From contig JAIOSB010000027.1 in assembly GCA_021107795.1 (NCBI GenBank), positions 290 through 64,289 of the forward strand: 64,000 bases of DNA, given 5' to 3'. The stretch is from a bacterium. GTDB lineage: Bacteria; Patescibacteriota; Dojkabacteria; SC72. This document shows, in pieces, positions 28,294-38,240 of this stretch; position 1 is the stretch's first letter, and each line of letters opens with the position of its first letter. The notes beneath the pieces were generated by a model, which searched no databases, had not been told where the DNA came from, and saw only the letters and a program-made list of their open reading frames with translations. The position numbers and the translations under genes were made by a program.

Positions 28294-29910
28294 TTATTTC
28301 ACTATCTTGTAACAATATATCTCATCTCCTTCTTCTGCGTCAACTGAGACATCCAAAATCACTCCACAGTCTGTGCCTTTGTCTACTTGTGTAAGGTCCT
28401 TTTTATTAATCTTTAATGACTTAATTCTTCCTTCAGCAAGGATGTCGTCGTCGCGGACTATATAGCATTTACAGCTTTTCTTCAAAACACCTTCTGTGAC
28501 CCTATTACCTAGTACTGTCTGACCATCGGAGAGGGTAAAGATTGCTTTGATTACAGCCTTACCTATTTCTTCTTCAGTTTCTCCTGGCTGAGAGAGTAAA
28601 TTCAATGCTTCTTCAATTTCATCTATTAGTTTGTAGATAATGGCGTAGGATCTTACTAAGACTTTGTATTTCTTTGCTAATTCCTTTGCATTTCTTTCCA
28701 TTCCTACTTCAAATCCTAGTATTATTGATTTCGTGACATGAGCTTTCTCGATATCTTTGATGGTTACATCCCCAATTCCTTGGTCTATGATATTTAGTTC
28801 TGCTCCTTCTACCTTAATTTTGGCTAATGATTTCTGAAGTGCCTCAAGAGATCCTTCTGAACCACTTTTAATCATTACAGCTAGTAATTTCACTTCATCT
28901 TCTGGTTCATTGCTGTCCATCTGAAAGAATTCTTCAAAGGACACTTCTGGATCTGGTTCTGCTCCTTCTTCAGTTGGCTTCTCTTCTACAACAGTTTCTT
29001 CTTCTACTTCTACGACAACTTCAGGAGTTTCTTCATCACTTTGAATGGGGTGTAGTATTTTCTTGTCGTTTTCTTCTAGTATGTATATTTCAGAACCAAG
29101 TGGTAGTATATTTGAAAGTCCTAATATCTTTCCTCCACATCCTGTTTCGAACCCTTTTATATGTTCACCTTCTTCCGAGATGAGGCCTTTTACTCTTTCG
29201 ATTACGATTTCTTTGTTAGCTTCATAGCCTATGAAATCTCCTTTTTTGATAGAGCCTTGGGTAACAACTACTGTTGATACATTCCCTCTAGATTTCTCCT
29301 TTACAGATTCTAATACAAATCCTTTAGCTAAAACTTTGTCTAGTAATTTCCCTCTGTTTTGTAATCCTTCCACTTCTATTACTAAATTAATCATATCTAA
29401 AAGGTCTGGTATTCCCTTGCCTGTCTTACCAGAGACTTCTACTACAGGGATTTCACCTCCCATTCCTTCTACTGAGATACCTTCAGATGCTAATTCTCTT
29501 TTTATCTTTTCAATATCGGTATTTGGTAAATCGCATTTGTTGATAACGACAATTGGTTTAGCTGTAGAGTCTTTGATAATTGCAATGGATTCTTTTGTTT
29601 GGGGTTTCACACCATCATTAGCGGCTACAATTAGTAAAACAATGTCTGCAATACTTCCCCCTCTTAGTCTCATCAAATCAAAAGCTTCATGACCTGGAGT
29701 ATCTACAAAGGTAATTCTTTCGTCTTTCTCACAATCTGGTGCTACGGTAAATACTGAAATCTTTTGTGTAATACCTCCAGCTTCACATTCTTGGACATTA
29801 GCTTCTCTAATTTTATCAAGTATTGTTGTTTTACCATGGTCTACATGACCAAGTATTGCAACAATTGGTACTCGCTTATTTTCATTTTTCTTCTTCTTTG
29901 TCTTACCCAT
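28294..29910 (-). CDS. infB: Translation initiation factor IF-2, short form (G-domain onward)
   Basis: 538 aa; [20 protein letters not shown]...DTPGHEAF...NKCD; lacks the long N-terminal domains of typical bacterial IF2. Confidence 0.9.
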   Translation of the reverse strand: MGKTKKKKNENKRVPIVAILGHVDHGKTTILDKIREANVQECEAGGITQKISVFTVAPDCEKDERITFVDTPGHEAFDLMRLRGGSIADIVLLIVAANDGVKPQTKESIAIIKDSTAKPIVVINKCDLPNTDIEKIKRELASEGISVEGMGGEIPVVEVSGKTGKGIPDLLDMINLVIEVEGLQNRGKLLDKVLAKGFVLESVKEKSRGNVSTVVVTQGSIKKGDFIGYEANKEIVIERVKGLISEEGEHIKGFETGCGGKILGLSNILPLGSEIYILEENDKKILHPIQSDEETPEVVVEVEEETVVEEKPTEEGAEPDPEVSFEEFFQMDSNEPEDEVKLLAVMIKSGSEGSLEALQKSLAKIKVEGAELNIIDQGIGDVTIKDIEKAHVTKSIILGFEVGMERNAKELAKKYKVLVRSYAIIYKLIDEIEEALNLLSQPGETEEEIGKAVIKAIFTLSDGQTVLGNRVTEGVLKKSCKCYIVRDDDILAEGRIKSLKINKKDLTQVDKGTDCGVILDVSVDAEEGDEIYCYKIVK

Positions 29911-29932
29911 GGCGAGTATTAAATGAATTAAA

Positions 29933-31180
29933 TTACTCTTTCTTCTTTACTACTTTCTTCTTTTTCACTTCTTTTTTCTTCTTCACTACTTCTTCTTTTA
30001 CATCTTCTTCTTTCTTAACTTCTTCTAAGACTTCTTCTTTCTCTACTACTTCCTCTTTTACCTTTTCTTCTTTCTTAGCTTCTTCTGATGTTTCATCTTT
30101 CTTGACTTCTTCATCAGCCTCTTCAACCACTTCTTCTCCTTCAGGACTCTCTATATCAATTTTCATCTCAGTTAGCTTCCAAGCTAGTCTTACATTCTGT
30201 CCTTCTTTACCAATTGCTAATGACAACTGATCTGCATCTACTATGACTGTTGCAGTTTCATCATCAATACTTACATCATTAACCTTGGCTGGACTCAATG
30301 CATTTGCAACGAACCTTTCTATATTCTCATCCCACTCGATTATATCAATTTTCTCTTCACCAACCTCGTTCATAATGTTTGCAATACGAATACCTCTTTG
30401 ACCTACACATGAACCAATTGGATCAACACCCTCTTGGTGAGAAACAACTGCTATCTTACTTCTAGTACCTGCTTCTCTTGCAACAGCTTTAATTTCTACA
30501 ATACCGGATTCAATTTCTGGGACTTCAAGTTTAAAAAGTTCTACTAAGAAATCTGGGTCAGCTCTAGATACTAAAACTTCTCCATCTTCGATACTCTTGA
30601 GAAGCACTTTATATCTCTCTCCTATTTTGTAATATTCATTACTAAGTTGCTCTTCTTGTGGCATCATTGCAGTAGCTTTACCTATTTCAAAGATTACTTG
30701 ACCTCTTTGCATCCTTTGCATTAGTGCAGTAAATACCTCTCCAACCTTATCACTATATTCGGCCAATACTGCATCTTTTTCAAATTCACTCATTTTCTGG
30801 AGAATAACTTGCTTTGCAGCTTGTGCAGCAATTCTACCCAATTCCTCAGAAGGAAGTTCAATTTGAACAGTATCACCTACTTCTACATTAGGAGAAATTA
30901 GCTCAGCTTCAACAAGAGCTATCTCTATCTCTTCATCTTCTACACCCTCCACAACAGCCTTGTTAGCAAAGAGTTTAAATTCTCCAACCTCTCTATCTAC
31001 CTCCACTGAGAGATGCTCTGCTACAGTATTTCCCTCATCATCTCTGGTTAAACCATATTTATCCTTTTTGTAAGCTGCTAAGATTGCAATCTCTAGTGCT
31101 TCAAAGATTTTTTCTTTGTCTAATCCTCTTTCTGCCGCTATCTGGCTTATTGCGGATATAAAGTCGGTAGTCATTGCCAT
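29933..31180 (-). CDS. nusA: Transcription termination/antitermination factor NusA with K/E-rich C-terminal tail
   Basis: N-terminal domain, S1 and two KH segments (GSCVGQRGIRIANI...; AIGKEGQNVRLAWKLT), then ~70 residues of EEVKKEE-type low complexity. Confidence 0.9.
   Translation of the reverse strand: MAMTTDFISAISQIAAERGLDKEKIFEALEIAILAAYKKDKYGLTRDDEGNTVAEHLSVEVDREVGEFKLFANKAVVEGVEDEEIEIALVEAELISPNVEVGDTVQIELPSEELGRIAAQAAKQVILQKMSEFEKDAVLAEYSDKVGEVFTALMQRMQRGQVIFEIGKATAMMPQEEQLSNEYYKIGERYKVLLKSIEDGEVLVSRADPDFLVELFKLEVPEIESGIVEIKAVAREAGTRSKIAVVSHQEGVDPIGSCVGQRGIRIANIMNEVGEEKIDIIEWDENIERFVANALSPAKVNDVSIDDETATVIVDADQLSLAIGKEGQNVRLAWKLTEMKIDIESPEGEEVVEEADEEVKKDETSEEAKKEEKVKEEVVEKEEVLEEVKKEEDVKEEVVKKKKEVKKKKVVKKKE
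29940..30130. repeat. Low-complexity cttctt/tttctt tandem-like DNA encoding the NusA K/E tail
   Basis: Visible reiteration of cttcttc / ttctttc units at the 3' end of nusA; the antisense S/T-rich ORF 29823-30230 is a mirror artefact of it. Confidence 0.5.
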
Positions 31181-31221
31181 ATCTATTTATCATCAAAATT
31201 TAGAATTCTAAGAAAAGTTTT

Positions 31222-31255
31222 ATAAAAAAAAGGTGAGACTTTCATTCCTCACCTC
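31222..31255 (-). terminator. Rho-independent terminator downstream of dnaJ
   Basis: On the minus strand, stem aggtgag / ctcacct (7 bp) with loop gaatgaaagt is followed by tttttttta (plus-strand A-run 31223-31231). Confidence 0.55.
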
Positions 31256-31302
31256 TTTCCTCATAACTTTCAAGGAAAGTATAGCAGAATACGATATTCA
31301 AA

Positions 31303-32385
31303 TCAAATAGCACCAAGCTCTTCCCACAGCTTCTTTTCGCTCCTAGACAACTTTTTAGGTATTTCCAGCTCAATTCTTACATATAGGTCTCCCTTCATAC
31401 CATCTTTGCCTAGTATCGGAACACCCTTTTCACGAATTCTAAATATTGATCCACTCTCCGTACCCTTAGGGATCTTAAGCGTCACTTTCCCATATGGTGT
31501 ATTAACCTTAATATTCCCTCCGAGCACTGCTACATGAATTTTAATACCCTCCTTCGTATATATATCACTACCCCTTCTCTCAAACTCTCTTGACGGCTCT
31601 ACTTCGATTTCAATATACAAATCCCCAGAAGGAGTACCCTTAGGACCTGCATTCCCCCCACCTCTGAATCTAAGCACCATACCATCATATGCACCTGCCG
31701 GTATCTTAATCTTCTCATTCTCGCGATTAATCTTAACACCTGTACCACCACACTTTGAACAATTCTCTTCTGGGACTTCACCACTTCCCTCACAGTCATT
31801 ACAAATACCATTAACTGCAATTGATCCTAATATTGTTCTCTGTACTTTCTGAATCCTCCCACTACCACCACAAGTCTTACATACTTTCATCTTCTTTGTC
31901 TTACTGCCTGTACCACCACAATATGAACAGGAGATATCTCTCTCAATATTTACTCCAAATGCACCTCCCCTGATTGATTCATCAAAATTAAGCTTTATCC
32001 TATATTTAATATCTGAACCTCTAACCCTAGTTTGCTGTTGACTACCACCAAAATCAAACCCTCCACCACCTCCGAAGAAAGTATTGAAGATATCTCCCAT
32101 ATCAAACGGTGTACCTTGGGCGTATCCATTAAAACCACCATATCCACTACTACCACCAAAACCAGCAGTTCCTGCATGACCATATTGATCATATGCCTTC
32201 CTTTTTGATTCATTAGAAAGAATCTCATACGATTCCTGCACCTCCTTAAACTTGTCTTCAGCACCATCCTCCTTGTTGACATCAGGATGATACTTCTTAA
32301 CAAGCTTTCTGTAAGCTTTCTTAATTTCATCTTGTGTAGACCCCTTATCCACTCCAAGTGTTTTGTAATAATCTTGTTTTTCCAT
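31303..32385 (-). CDS. dnaJ: Chaperone DnaJ
   Basis: J-domain with HPD (YRKLVKKYHPDVNK), G/F-rich region, four CxxCxGxG zinc-finger repeats (CSYCGGTG, CKTCGGSG, CNDCEGSG, CSKCGGTG). Confidence 0.9.
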   Translation of the reverse strand: MEKQDYYKTLGVDKGSTQDEIKKAYRKLVKKYHPDVNKEDGAEDKFKEVQESYEILSNESKRKAYDQYGHAGTAGFGGSSGYGGFNGYAQGTPFDMGDIFNTFFGGGGGFDFGGSQQQTRVRGSDIKYRIKLNFDESIRGGAFGVNIERDISCSYCGGTGSKTKKMKVCKTCGGSGRIQKVQRTILGSIAVNGICNDCEGSGEVPEENCSKCGGTGVKINRENEKIKIPAGAYDGMVLRFRGGGNAGPKGTPSGDLYIEIEVEPSREFERRGSDIYTKEGIKIHVAVLGGNIKVNTPYGKVTLKIPKGTESGSIFRIREKGVPILGKDGMKGDLYVRIELEIPKKLSRSEKKLWEELGAI

Positions 32386-32445
32386 ACGAAAACCATTTTA
32401 GCAGATAGGAGAGGTAGTTGCCAAGCCCGTGTGTTAGAATAGGTT

Positions 32446-33240
32446 ATGCAAAGCGAGTGGAATATTCCAGAAGAACAGCCCAAGAAGGTCAGGAGAGCAA
32501 AGATTATCATATCAGTAGGACTTTCAATCCTTGGAGTAATAATAATACTTTCCCAAGCAATACCTCTCACTAAATCATATCTAGATGGTGTCATTGAACA
32601 AACTCGAGTAAAACTTATGAAAAACCCAGTACCTGATTCATACAAAGCATATATTGAAGAGGAATTTGCCTACTACGATCCAAGTAAGAGTTACTTCGCA
32701 AATTTAGAGGATAGGATAGAGGGGCTAACGTTTGAAGGTATATATACATACGATCCAAATACAAATACACAAAAGGAGATCATTATTGATGATGAATACT
32801 CAAAAGATATGTACATATTGATTGAGAGCGTAGGAATTGAAGATATCATAATCACATCAAATGTAGAAAGTACCGAAGAAAAGGTATATGACCAATATCT
32901 TAAAAGAGGTGTAGCACATTTCAAAGGAACACCCTTACCAGGGGACGGGGGAAATTCATTCATATATGGGCATAGCTCAGTAGAAAGCTTCTTCACTAGA
33001 CATCAGAATTTAGCAGAAACAATATTTACTAGACTTGAGGATGTTGATATTGGAAATGATGTATATATCAAAAGAGATGACAACCTTCTACACTACATCG
33101 TAAGGAAAAAGAAAATTGTCGAATCAGACGATTTCTCCATACTGAGCAATCAAGGAGACAAAGAGACAGTAACACTAATGACCTGTTGGCCTCTTGGAAT
33201 TGGAACAAAACGACTAGTAGTAGTGGCAGAAAGATATTAG
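32446..33240 (+). CDS. Sortase-family transpeptidase
   Basis: N-terminal TM anchor (IIISVGLSILGVIIILS), His in FIYGHSS, catalytic Cys in TLMTCWP (the TLxTC motif), and a conserved Arg near the C-terminus (RLVVVAERY). Confidence 0.7.
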   Translation: MQSEWNIPEEQPKKVRRAKIIISVGLSILGVIIILSQAIPLTKSYLDGVIEQTRVKLMKNPVPDSYKAYIEEEFAYYDPSKSYFANLEDRIEGLTFEGIYTYDPNTNTQKEIIIDDEYSKDMYILIESVGIEDIIITSNVESTEEKVYDQYLKRGVAHFKGTPLPGDGGNSFIYGHSSVESFFTRHQNLAETIFTRLEDVDIGNDVYIKRDDNLLHYIVRKKKIVESDDFSILSNQGDKETVTLMTCWPLGIGTKRLVVVAERY

Positions 33241-33241
33241 T

Positions 33242-34588
33242 TTGTGTACAATAGTAGCTATGAGCCAGAAACAAAAAAGGATAATCACGATACTAGGGAT
33301 TGTTATGGTGTTTTTGATCCTCTCTTTAATCATAGTAGTCATCATGGACAACCAAGAGGATGATCTTACAGATCCTAATGACGTACAGATAAGTACAGAG
33401 CTCACATATTGGGGGCTTTGGGAACCAGAAAGTGTCATACAACCAATAATTGAACAATATGAAGCATTACATCCAGATGTAAAGATTGAATACTCTCAAC
33501 AATCTTTTACAAACTATGAAAGCAGACTTTACACAAGACTTCAACAGGCCTCTACTTCTGCTGAACCTGCACCAGATATTGTCCGGATTAATAATAGTTG
33601 GACACCTAAATATTACAAATATCTCTCACCCTTACCCACCTCTACCATGGATAGTACAACATACTCTGAGAAATTCTACCCTACAGCAATATCAGACTTC
33701 ACCGCAAAAGACGGAAATATTTACGCAATGCCTTGGGAAATAGATGGTTTGGCAATATTCTACAACAAGCAACTTCTCTCTCAAGCAGGTGTTGAAGAGC
33801 CACCAACAGATTGGGACTCTTTTATAGAACTTGCAAAGGAACTTACAACTAAAAATAGTACAGGACAAATATCACAATCCGGACTTGCAATTGGTACATC
33901 CAGAAATATCACTCATTCTGCAGATATTCTTTCTTACCTAATGCTACTCAACGGAGCAGATATCATAGACGAGACATATACCTCTACCAACCTTGTTAGT
34001 AACAATGTAGTTACCGCAACATATATCTATACTAATTTCGCACTCGACAAAGACCCCCTATGGAGTTCTGATTTAAGAAATGATTTGGAAATGTTTTACG
34101 CTGGCAACCTCGCAATGATGTTTGCTCCAAGTTGGAGAGCATTCGATATCATCCAATCAGCACCAAGTATTGAATTCGGGATTGCACCACTACCTCAGCT
34201 TGAGAATAATAATCAGATTTACTACTCCATGTACTGGGGAGAAGCTGTCACCAAGACTTGTTCCAACCCAACAGTTGCATGGGACTTCATAAGTTTCTTA
34301 GTTGATCATCAACAAGACATCTTCTCAGCTTCATCACAAGTTAGAGCTTTTGGAAAACCTTACTCACTGACAACTTTAAATAGCTCTCTTGACAGTAATC
34401 CATATTTGAAAGCATACACAATAATGGCTCCACATATGGAATCTTGGGGGATGGGTGATCAAATGTTTGTAGAGAAGACCTTAAACAACGCTATCACAGA
34501 AATTGTAGAAGATGGTTCAGACATTCAGAATGCCTTGGGAAATGCGCAGGTCGATATTAACGATCAACTTGCACAAACTAATGAGTAA
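33242..34588 (+). CDS. ABC-transporter extracellular solute-binding protein (family 1-like)
   Basis: Signal anchor (true start probably MSQKQKR at ~33260), then TYWGLWEPE...PDIVRINNSW...MFAPSWRAF, typical of sugar-type SBP. No permease or ATPase gene is adjacent, so it looks like an orphan. Confidence 0.45.
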   Translation: MCTIVAMSQKQKRIITILGIVMVFLILSLIIVVIMDNQEDDLTDPNDVQISTELTYWGLWEPESVIQPIIEQYEALHPDVKIEYSQQSFTNYESRLYTRLQQASTSAEPAPDIVRINNSWTPKYYKYLSPLPTSTMDSTTYSEKFYPTAISDFTAKDGNIYAMPWEIDGLAIFYNKQLLSQAGVEEPPTDWDSFIELAKELTTKNSTGQISQSGLAIGTSRNITHSADILSYLMLLNGADIIDETYTSTNLVSNNVVTATYIYTNFALDKDPLWSSDLRNDLEMFYAGNLAMMFAPSWRAFDIIQSAPSIEFGIAPLPQLENNNQIYYSMYWGEAVTKTCSNPTVAWDFISFLVDHQQDIFSASSQVRAFGKPYSLTTLNSSLDSNPYLKAYTIMAPHMESWGMGDQMFVEKTLNNAITEIVEDGSDIQNALGNAQVDINDQLAQTNE

Positions 34589-34603
34589 CATTAATATATA
34601 CAT

Positions 34604-36466
34604 ATGAATAAAAACTACTCCCCACAATCTGCCAAAAGAAATTTCCTCATGCTTTCATTCTTCTTGGTACTTTGCCTTCCCCTAATTGTATGGCAAGTCG
34701 TTAATGAAAACTTCGATATTCGAAACATGGCCTTCGAACAAATAGAGGTAAGTAAAGAGAACCCTTGCGTCATATCCTTTCCAAATGTAAACCCATATAC
34801 CATAGAAGTAAATAAAACGGTGCGAATGCAAGTAGAAGGAATTGCACAAGGAAGTGGGATAACCTCCATCCTCATTACAGACTCTACCGGAGAAGAAATC
34901 TTTTCTAAAACATATGAAAACGAAAGTAGTGAAATAGCGGAAACTTTCGAATTTACACCAACCACTTCCAAATCATACGAGATAATAGGGACACTCTCAG
35001 AAGGAAGCTACACCAGTGCATGTGTGATAAGTAGCCCATACGATGTAAAAGGAGTTCGTGTAGTAGCAAGTAACAGTGCACCCGAATTCACATCTACCCC
35101 CATAGACTCTACTCCATCACAAGATATCGATACAGATATAGCCTACGAATATACCCTAACCGCAACAGACCCTGAAGGAGACATGATTAATTACGTATTC
35201 TCATTCACTCCAAACGAAGATTGGATGAAGTACACAGTAATAAATGATGGAAGTAATGGAAACCTCAAAATACAATTTAAAGGAAGCACATCTCAACCTG
35301 CAAGCTACCTAGCAAACGTGTTCATACACGACGGATACAGTAAACACCTCAGATCACAATCATGGATAGTAAGCGTAAACCCTGCAGAAAATGATGTCCC
35401 ACGAGTAACAATACTCTCACCATGGGAGGCCCTCTCAGTGACACAAGGGAAAAACCTTACTGTAAAATGGGCAGCATCAGACCAAAACGCCATTACACAC
35501 TACGAACTTTACTTAGCACAAAGTCTCCAAGACGAAACTAAATGGCAGAGCATAGACAAAGATATTGCGTACAATATTGAGGAATACACCCTTAACACAG
35601 AAAATATCTCAGGAGGTATTTACCAAGCGATAATAAAAGCACCAGACAATCAAGACCCAGTACTTATAGGACAAGGAATCTCACCACCAATAACCATCAT
35701 AGGTAAAGAGATTGATACCCCAGATGACAGTGTAACACTACCAGAACCACAAATCATAAATATCTCACCAACAAGTGAAGATAGCATTACTAATGCTCTA
35801 GTTACAATCAGAGCATCATTACTCTCAAGCCAAGATTCTCAAATTGATGAAGACAGCATTCTATTCAAGATCGACAATAAGGACCTAACCTCCAATATTA
35901 AATTCAACAAGATCTCAGATTCTGAATACACACTAATATTCCAAACAGAGGAAGAATTCGATATAGGACTACATAAAGTAGAAATTTCCTTCACTGACAG
36001 CGAAGACCTACAATCCAGTAAAAGTTGGACATTCACAATCGAAGGGAAACAAACTGATCCAGACAAATTCTACTTCTTTGACTACGGTATAACAAAATCA
36101 ATAGTATATGTTGTAGGAGGAGGACTACTACTAATCATTCTCGCACTAGCAATTCCATTAATCCTCGTACAAGTATGGAAAGACGATGAGGAAACATCTG
36201 GAACAGATGATACGCTTACACCACCTACACATACCAATACTGTTGAGAATATTGTTAATAAAAACCAAACAATTGATACAGAACAAAAATTTTCAAAATT
36301 ACAACCCCTCACACAGCCAGAAAAGGATACTCCTCCACCAACAACCTTACAACCACAACCAAAGACAGAAAATACAGAAGAAGACCTTGAAATTCTTTAC
36401 CAAAAAATAAAAGATGAAAAAAACATCAGTACCGACAACGATACGCCTCCAGAACCAATCCTCTAG
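34604..36466 (+). CDS. Surface protein with putative-Ig (dystroglycan/cadherin-like, PF05345-like) domain, C-terminal TM anchor and Thr/Pro-rich tail
   Basis: Signal/TM N-terminus. The PF05345-like domain is APEFTSTPIDSTPSQDIDTDIAYEYTLTATDPEGDMINYVF...WM...NGNL (P.f.s.p...a..g..y.y.v.AtDpdGd.l.y). The C-terminal TM is VVGGGLLLIILALAIPLILV, followed by a T/P/Q-rich tail. Confidence 0.45.
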   Translation: MNKNYSPQSAKRNFLMLSFFLVLCLPLIVWQVVNENFDIRNMAFEQIEVSKENPCVISFPNVNPYTIEVNKTVRMQVEGIAQGSGITSILITDSTGEEIFSKTYENESSEIAETFEFTPTTSKSYEIIGTLSEGSYTSACVISSPYDVKGVRVVASNSAPEFTSTPIDSTPSQDIDTDIAYEYTLTATDPEGDMINYVFSFTPNEDWMKYTVINDGSNGNLKIQFKGSTSQPASYLANVFIHDGYSKHLRSQSWIVSVNPAENDVPRVTILSPWEALSVTQGKNLTVKWAASDQNAITHYELYLAQSLQDETKWQSIDKDIAYNIEEYTLNTENISGGIYQAIIKAPDNQDPVLIGQGISPPITIIGKEIDTPDDSVTLPEPQIINISPTSEDSITNALVTIRASLLSSQDSQIDEDSILFKIDNKDLTSNIKFNKISDSEYTLIFQTEEEFDIGLHKVEISFTDSEDLQSSKSWTFTIEGKQTDPDKFYFFDYGITKSIVYVVGGGLLLIILALAIPLILVQVWKDDEETSGTDDTLTPPTHTNTVENIVNKNQTIDTEQKFSKLQPLTQPEKDTPPPTTLQPQPKTENTEEDLEILYQKIKDEKNISTDNDTPPEPIL

Positions 36467-36487
36467 ATTTCTGATATAATCTCCCAT

Positions 36488-38236
36488 ATGGAAAACCTTA
36501 CATACACAGAAATTAGAGCCCGATACATACAATTTTTTACAGACAATGACCATACAGAAATTCCAAGCTCATCCTTAATCCCAAAAAATAACCCCTCTGT
36601 ACTTTTTGTAAACGCAGGCATGCTCCCCCTTGTACCATTCTTAAAAGGAGAAAAACACCCCAAAGGCCCAAGACTAGTAAATTCACAAAGATGCCTTAGA
36701 ACAGGTGACATAGACGAAGTCGGAGGCAACTTCCACTGCACCACCTTTGAAATGTTAGGTAATTGGTCTCTAAATGATTACTTTAAGAAAGAAGCTCTGA
36801 ATCTAACTGTAAAATTCTTCGTAGAAGATCTCGGCTTAGATATTAATAGGATATATGCAACCGTTTTCACAGGAATGAAAGATATCCCACAAGACGACGA
36901 CTCTATTCAAATCTGGAAAGAGATATTTAAATCATACAATATTGACGCAAAAGTTGGAAAAGGAGAAAGAATAGAACCACTAGGACAAGACGATAACTGG
37001 TGGGAATTACCAACTGGAGGACCATGCGGACCAGACAGTGAAATATTTTACAAACTAGACAACGGAGAACTAGTAGAAATTGGAAACAATGTATTCATGG
37101 AATACCTTCTTGACAACAATAAATATAAACCACTAGGGATACACAATGTGGACTTTGGTGGTGGATTAGACAGATTATCGGCAATACTACAAAAAACAGA
37201 CTCTGTCTTTGAAATAGACATATATAAACCAATACTTGAAAAAGTCAAAGAACTCTCAAACAAAGATGTTTTAGAATCCCAAAGAGTCATAGTTGACCAT
37301 ATTAAAGCAGCTACATGGATTGTAATGGACGGAATAACACCTAGCAAATCCCAACAAGGATATATACTTAGAAGACTCATCAGAAGAGCAATAAGACATG
37401 GAAAGAAATTAAATATAGAAGGGCTCTTTACTAAAAAAGTCGCCGACATATCGATAGAACAATTCAAAGAAATATGGCCTCAACTAGAAGAGAAAAAGGA
37501 ATATATCCTCAATACAATTGAAGATGAAGAAAAGAAATTTAATCGTACAATTAAAAATGGCCTGCAAATACTTGAAAAAATACTCCAACATAAAACTCAA
37601 ATTACTGGGGAAGATGCCTTCACCCTCTACGAAACATACGGATTTCCAATAGAGATTACACAAGAGATATTAAAAGAGAGAGGACTTAAATTAGTAAATC
37701 CTAAAGATTTTGAAAAAGCAAAACTTGCACACCAAGAACAATCCCGATCCTCATCCACAGGGATATTTAAAAGTGGACTCTCAGACTCCTCAGAAATGTC
37801 TACTAAATACCACACGGCTACTCATCTACTCCTAAGTGCTCTACAACAAGTCCTAGGAAATCAAGTGTGCCAAAAAGGAAGCAATATTACACCAGAAAGA
37901 TTACGATTCGATTACCCTAATGACAACAAGCTAACTCCAGAACAGATACTAGAGGTAGAGAATATTGTAAATAATGCAATAAACAAAGGACTAACAATAT
38001 CCTTCGAAGAAGTATCCAAGGAAAAAGCTCTAAAACTTGTACCCTCTGCAGCCTTCAGTGAAAAATATGGAGACACAGTAAAACTCTACTACATAGGACC
38101 AAAGGAAAACCCCTTCTCAATTGAAATATGTAATGGCCCACACGTTGACAACACAAAAGAACTTGGGAAATTCAAAATAAGCAAACAAGAAAATGTTGGA
38201 GCAGGTATAAAAAGAATTAAAGCAATACTACAATAA
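36488..38236 (+). CDS. alaS: Alanyl-tRNA synthetase, shortened (catalytic + tRNA-recognition + editing domains, no C-Ala domain)
   Basis: IRARYIQFFTDNDHTEIPSSSLIPKNNPSVLFVNAGM...SQRCLRTGDIDEVG...HCTTFEMLGNWS is the AlaRS class II core. The HTATHLLLSALQQVLG...CQKGS segment is the editing-domain HxxxH/C motif. It is 582 aa where typical AlaRS is ~870. Confidence 0.85.
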   Translation: MENLTYTEIRARYIQFFTDNDHTEIPSSSLIPKNNPSVLFVNAGMLPLVPFLKGEKHPKGPRLVNSQRCLRTGDIDEVGGNFHCTTFEMLGNWSLNDYFKKEALNLTVKFFVEDLGLDINRIYATVFTGMKDIPQDDDSIQIWKEIFKSYNIDAKVGKGERIEPLGQDDNWWELPTGGPCGPDSEIFYKLDNGELVEIGNNVFMEYLLDNNKYKPLGIHNVDFGGGLDRLSAILQKTDSVFEIDIYKPILEKVKELSNKDVLESQRVIVDHIKAATWIVMDGITPSKSQQGYILRRLIRRAIRHGKKLNIEGLFTKKVADISIEQFKEIWPQLEEKKEYILNTIEDEEKKFNRTIKNGLQILEKILQHKTQITGEDAFTLYETYGFPIEITQEILKERGLKLVNPKDFEKAKLAHQEQSRSSSTGIFKSGLSDSSEMSTKYHTATHLLLSALQQVLGNQVCQKGSNITPERLRFDYPNDNKLTPEQILEVENIVNNAINKGLTISFEEVSKEKALKLVPSAAFSEKYGDTVKLYYIGPKENPFSIEICNGPHVDNTKELGKFKISKQENVGAGIKRIKAILQ

Positions 38237-38240
38237 ACAG

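Noticed and set aside
29823-30230. 135-aa Ser/Thr/Phe-rich plus-strand ORF
   Set aside because: Mirror-image translation of the repetitive K/E-coding tract at the nusA 3' end.
31995-32645. 216-aa minus-strand ORF overlapping dnaJ and the sortase gene
   Set aside because: Overlaps two well-supported genes (dnaJ with four CxxCxGxG repeats; sortase with TLxTC) in other frames and has no motif of its own.
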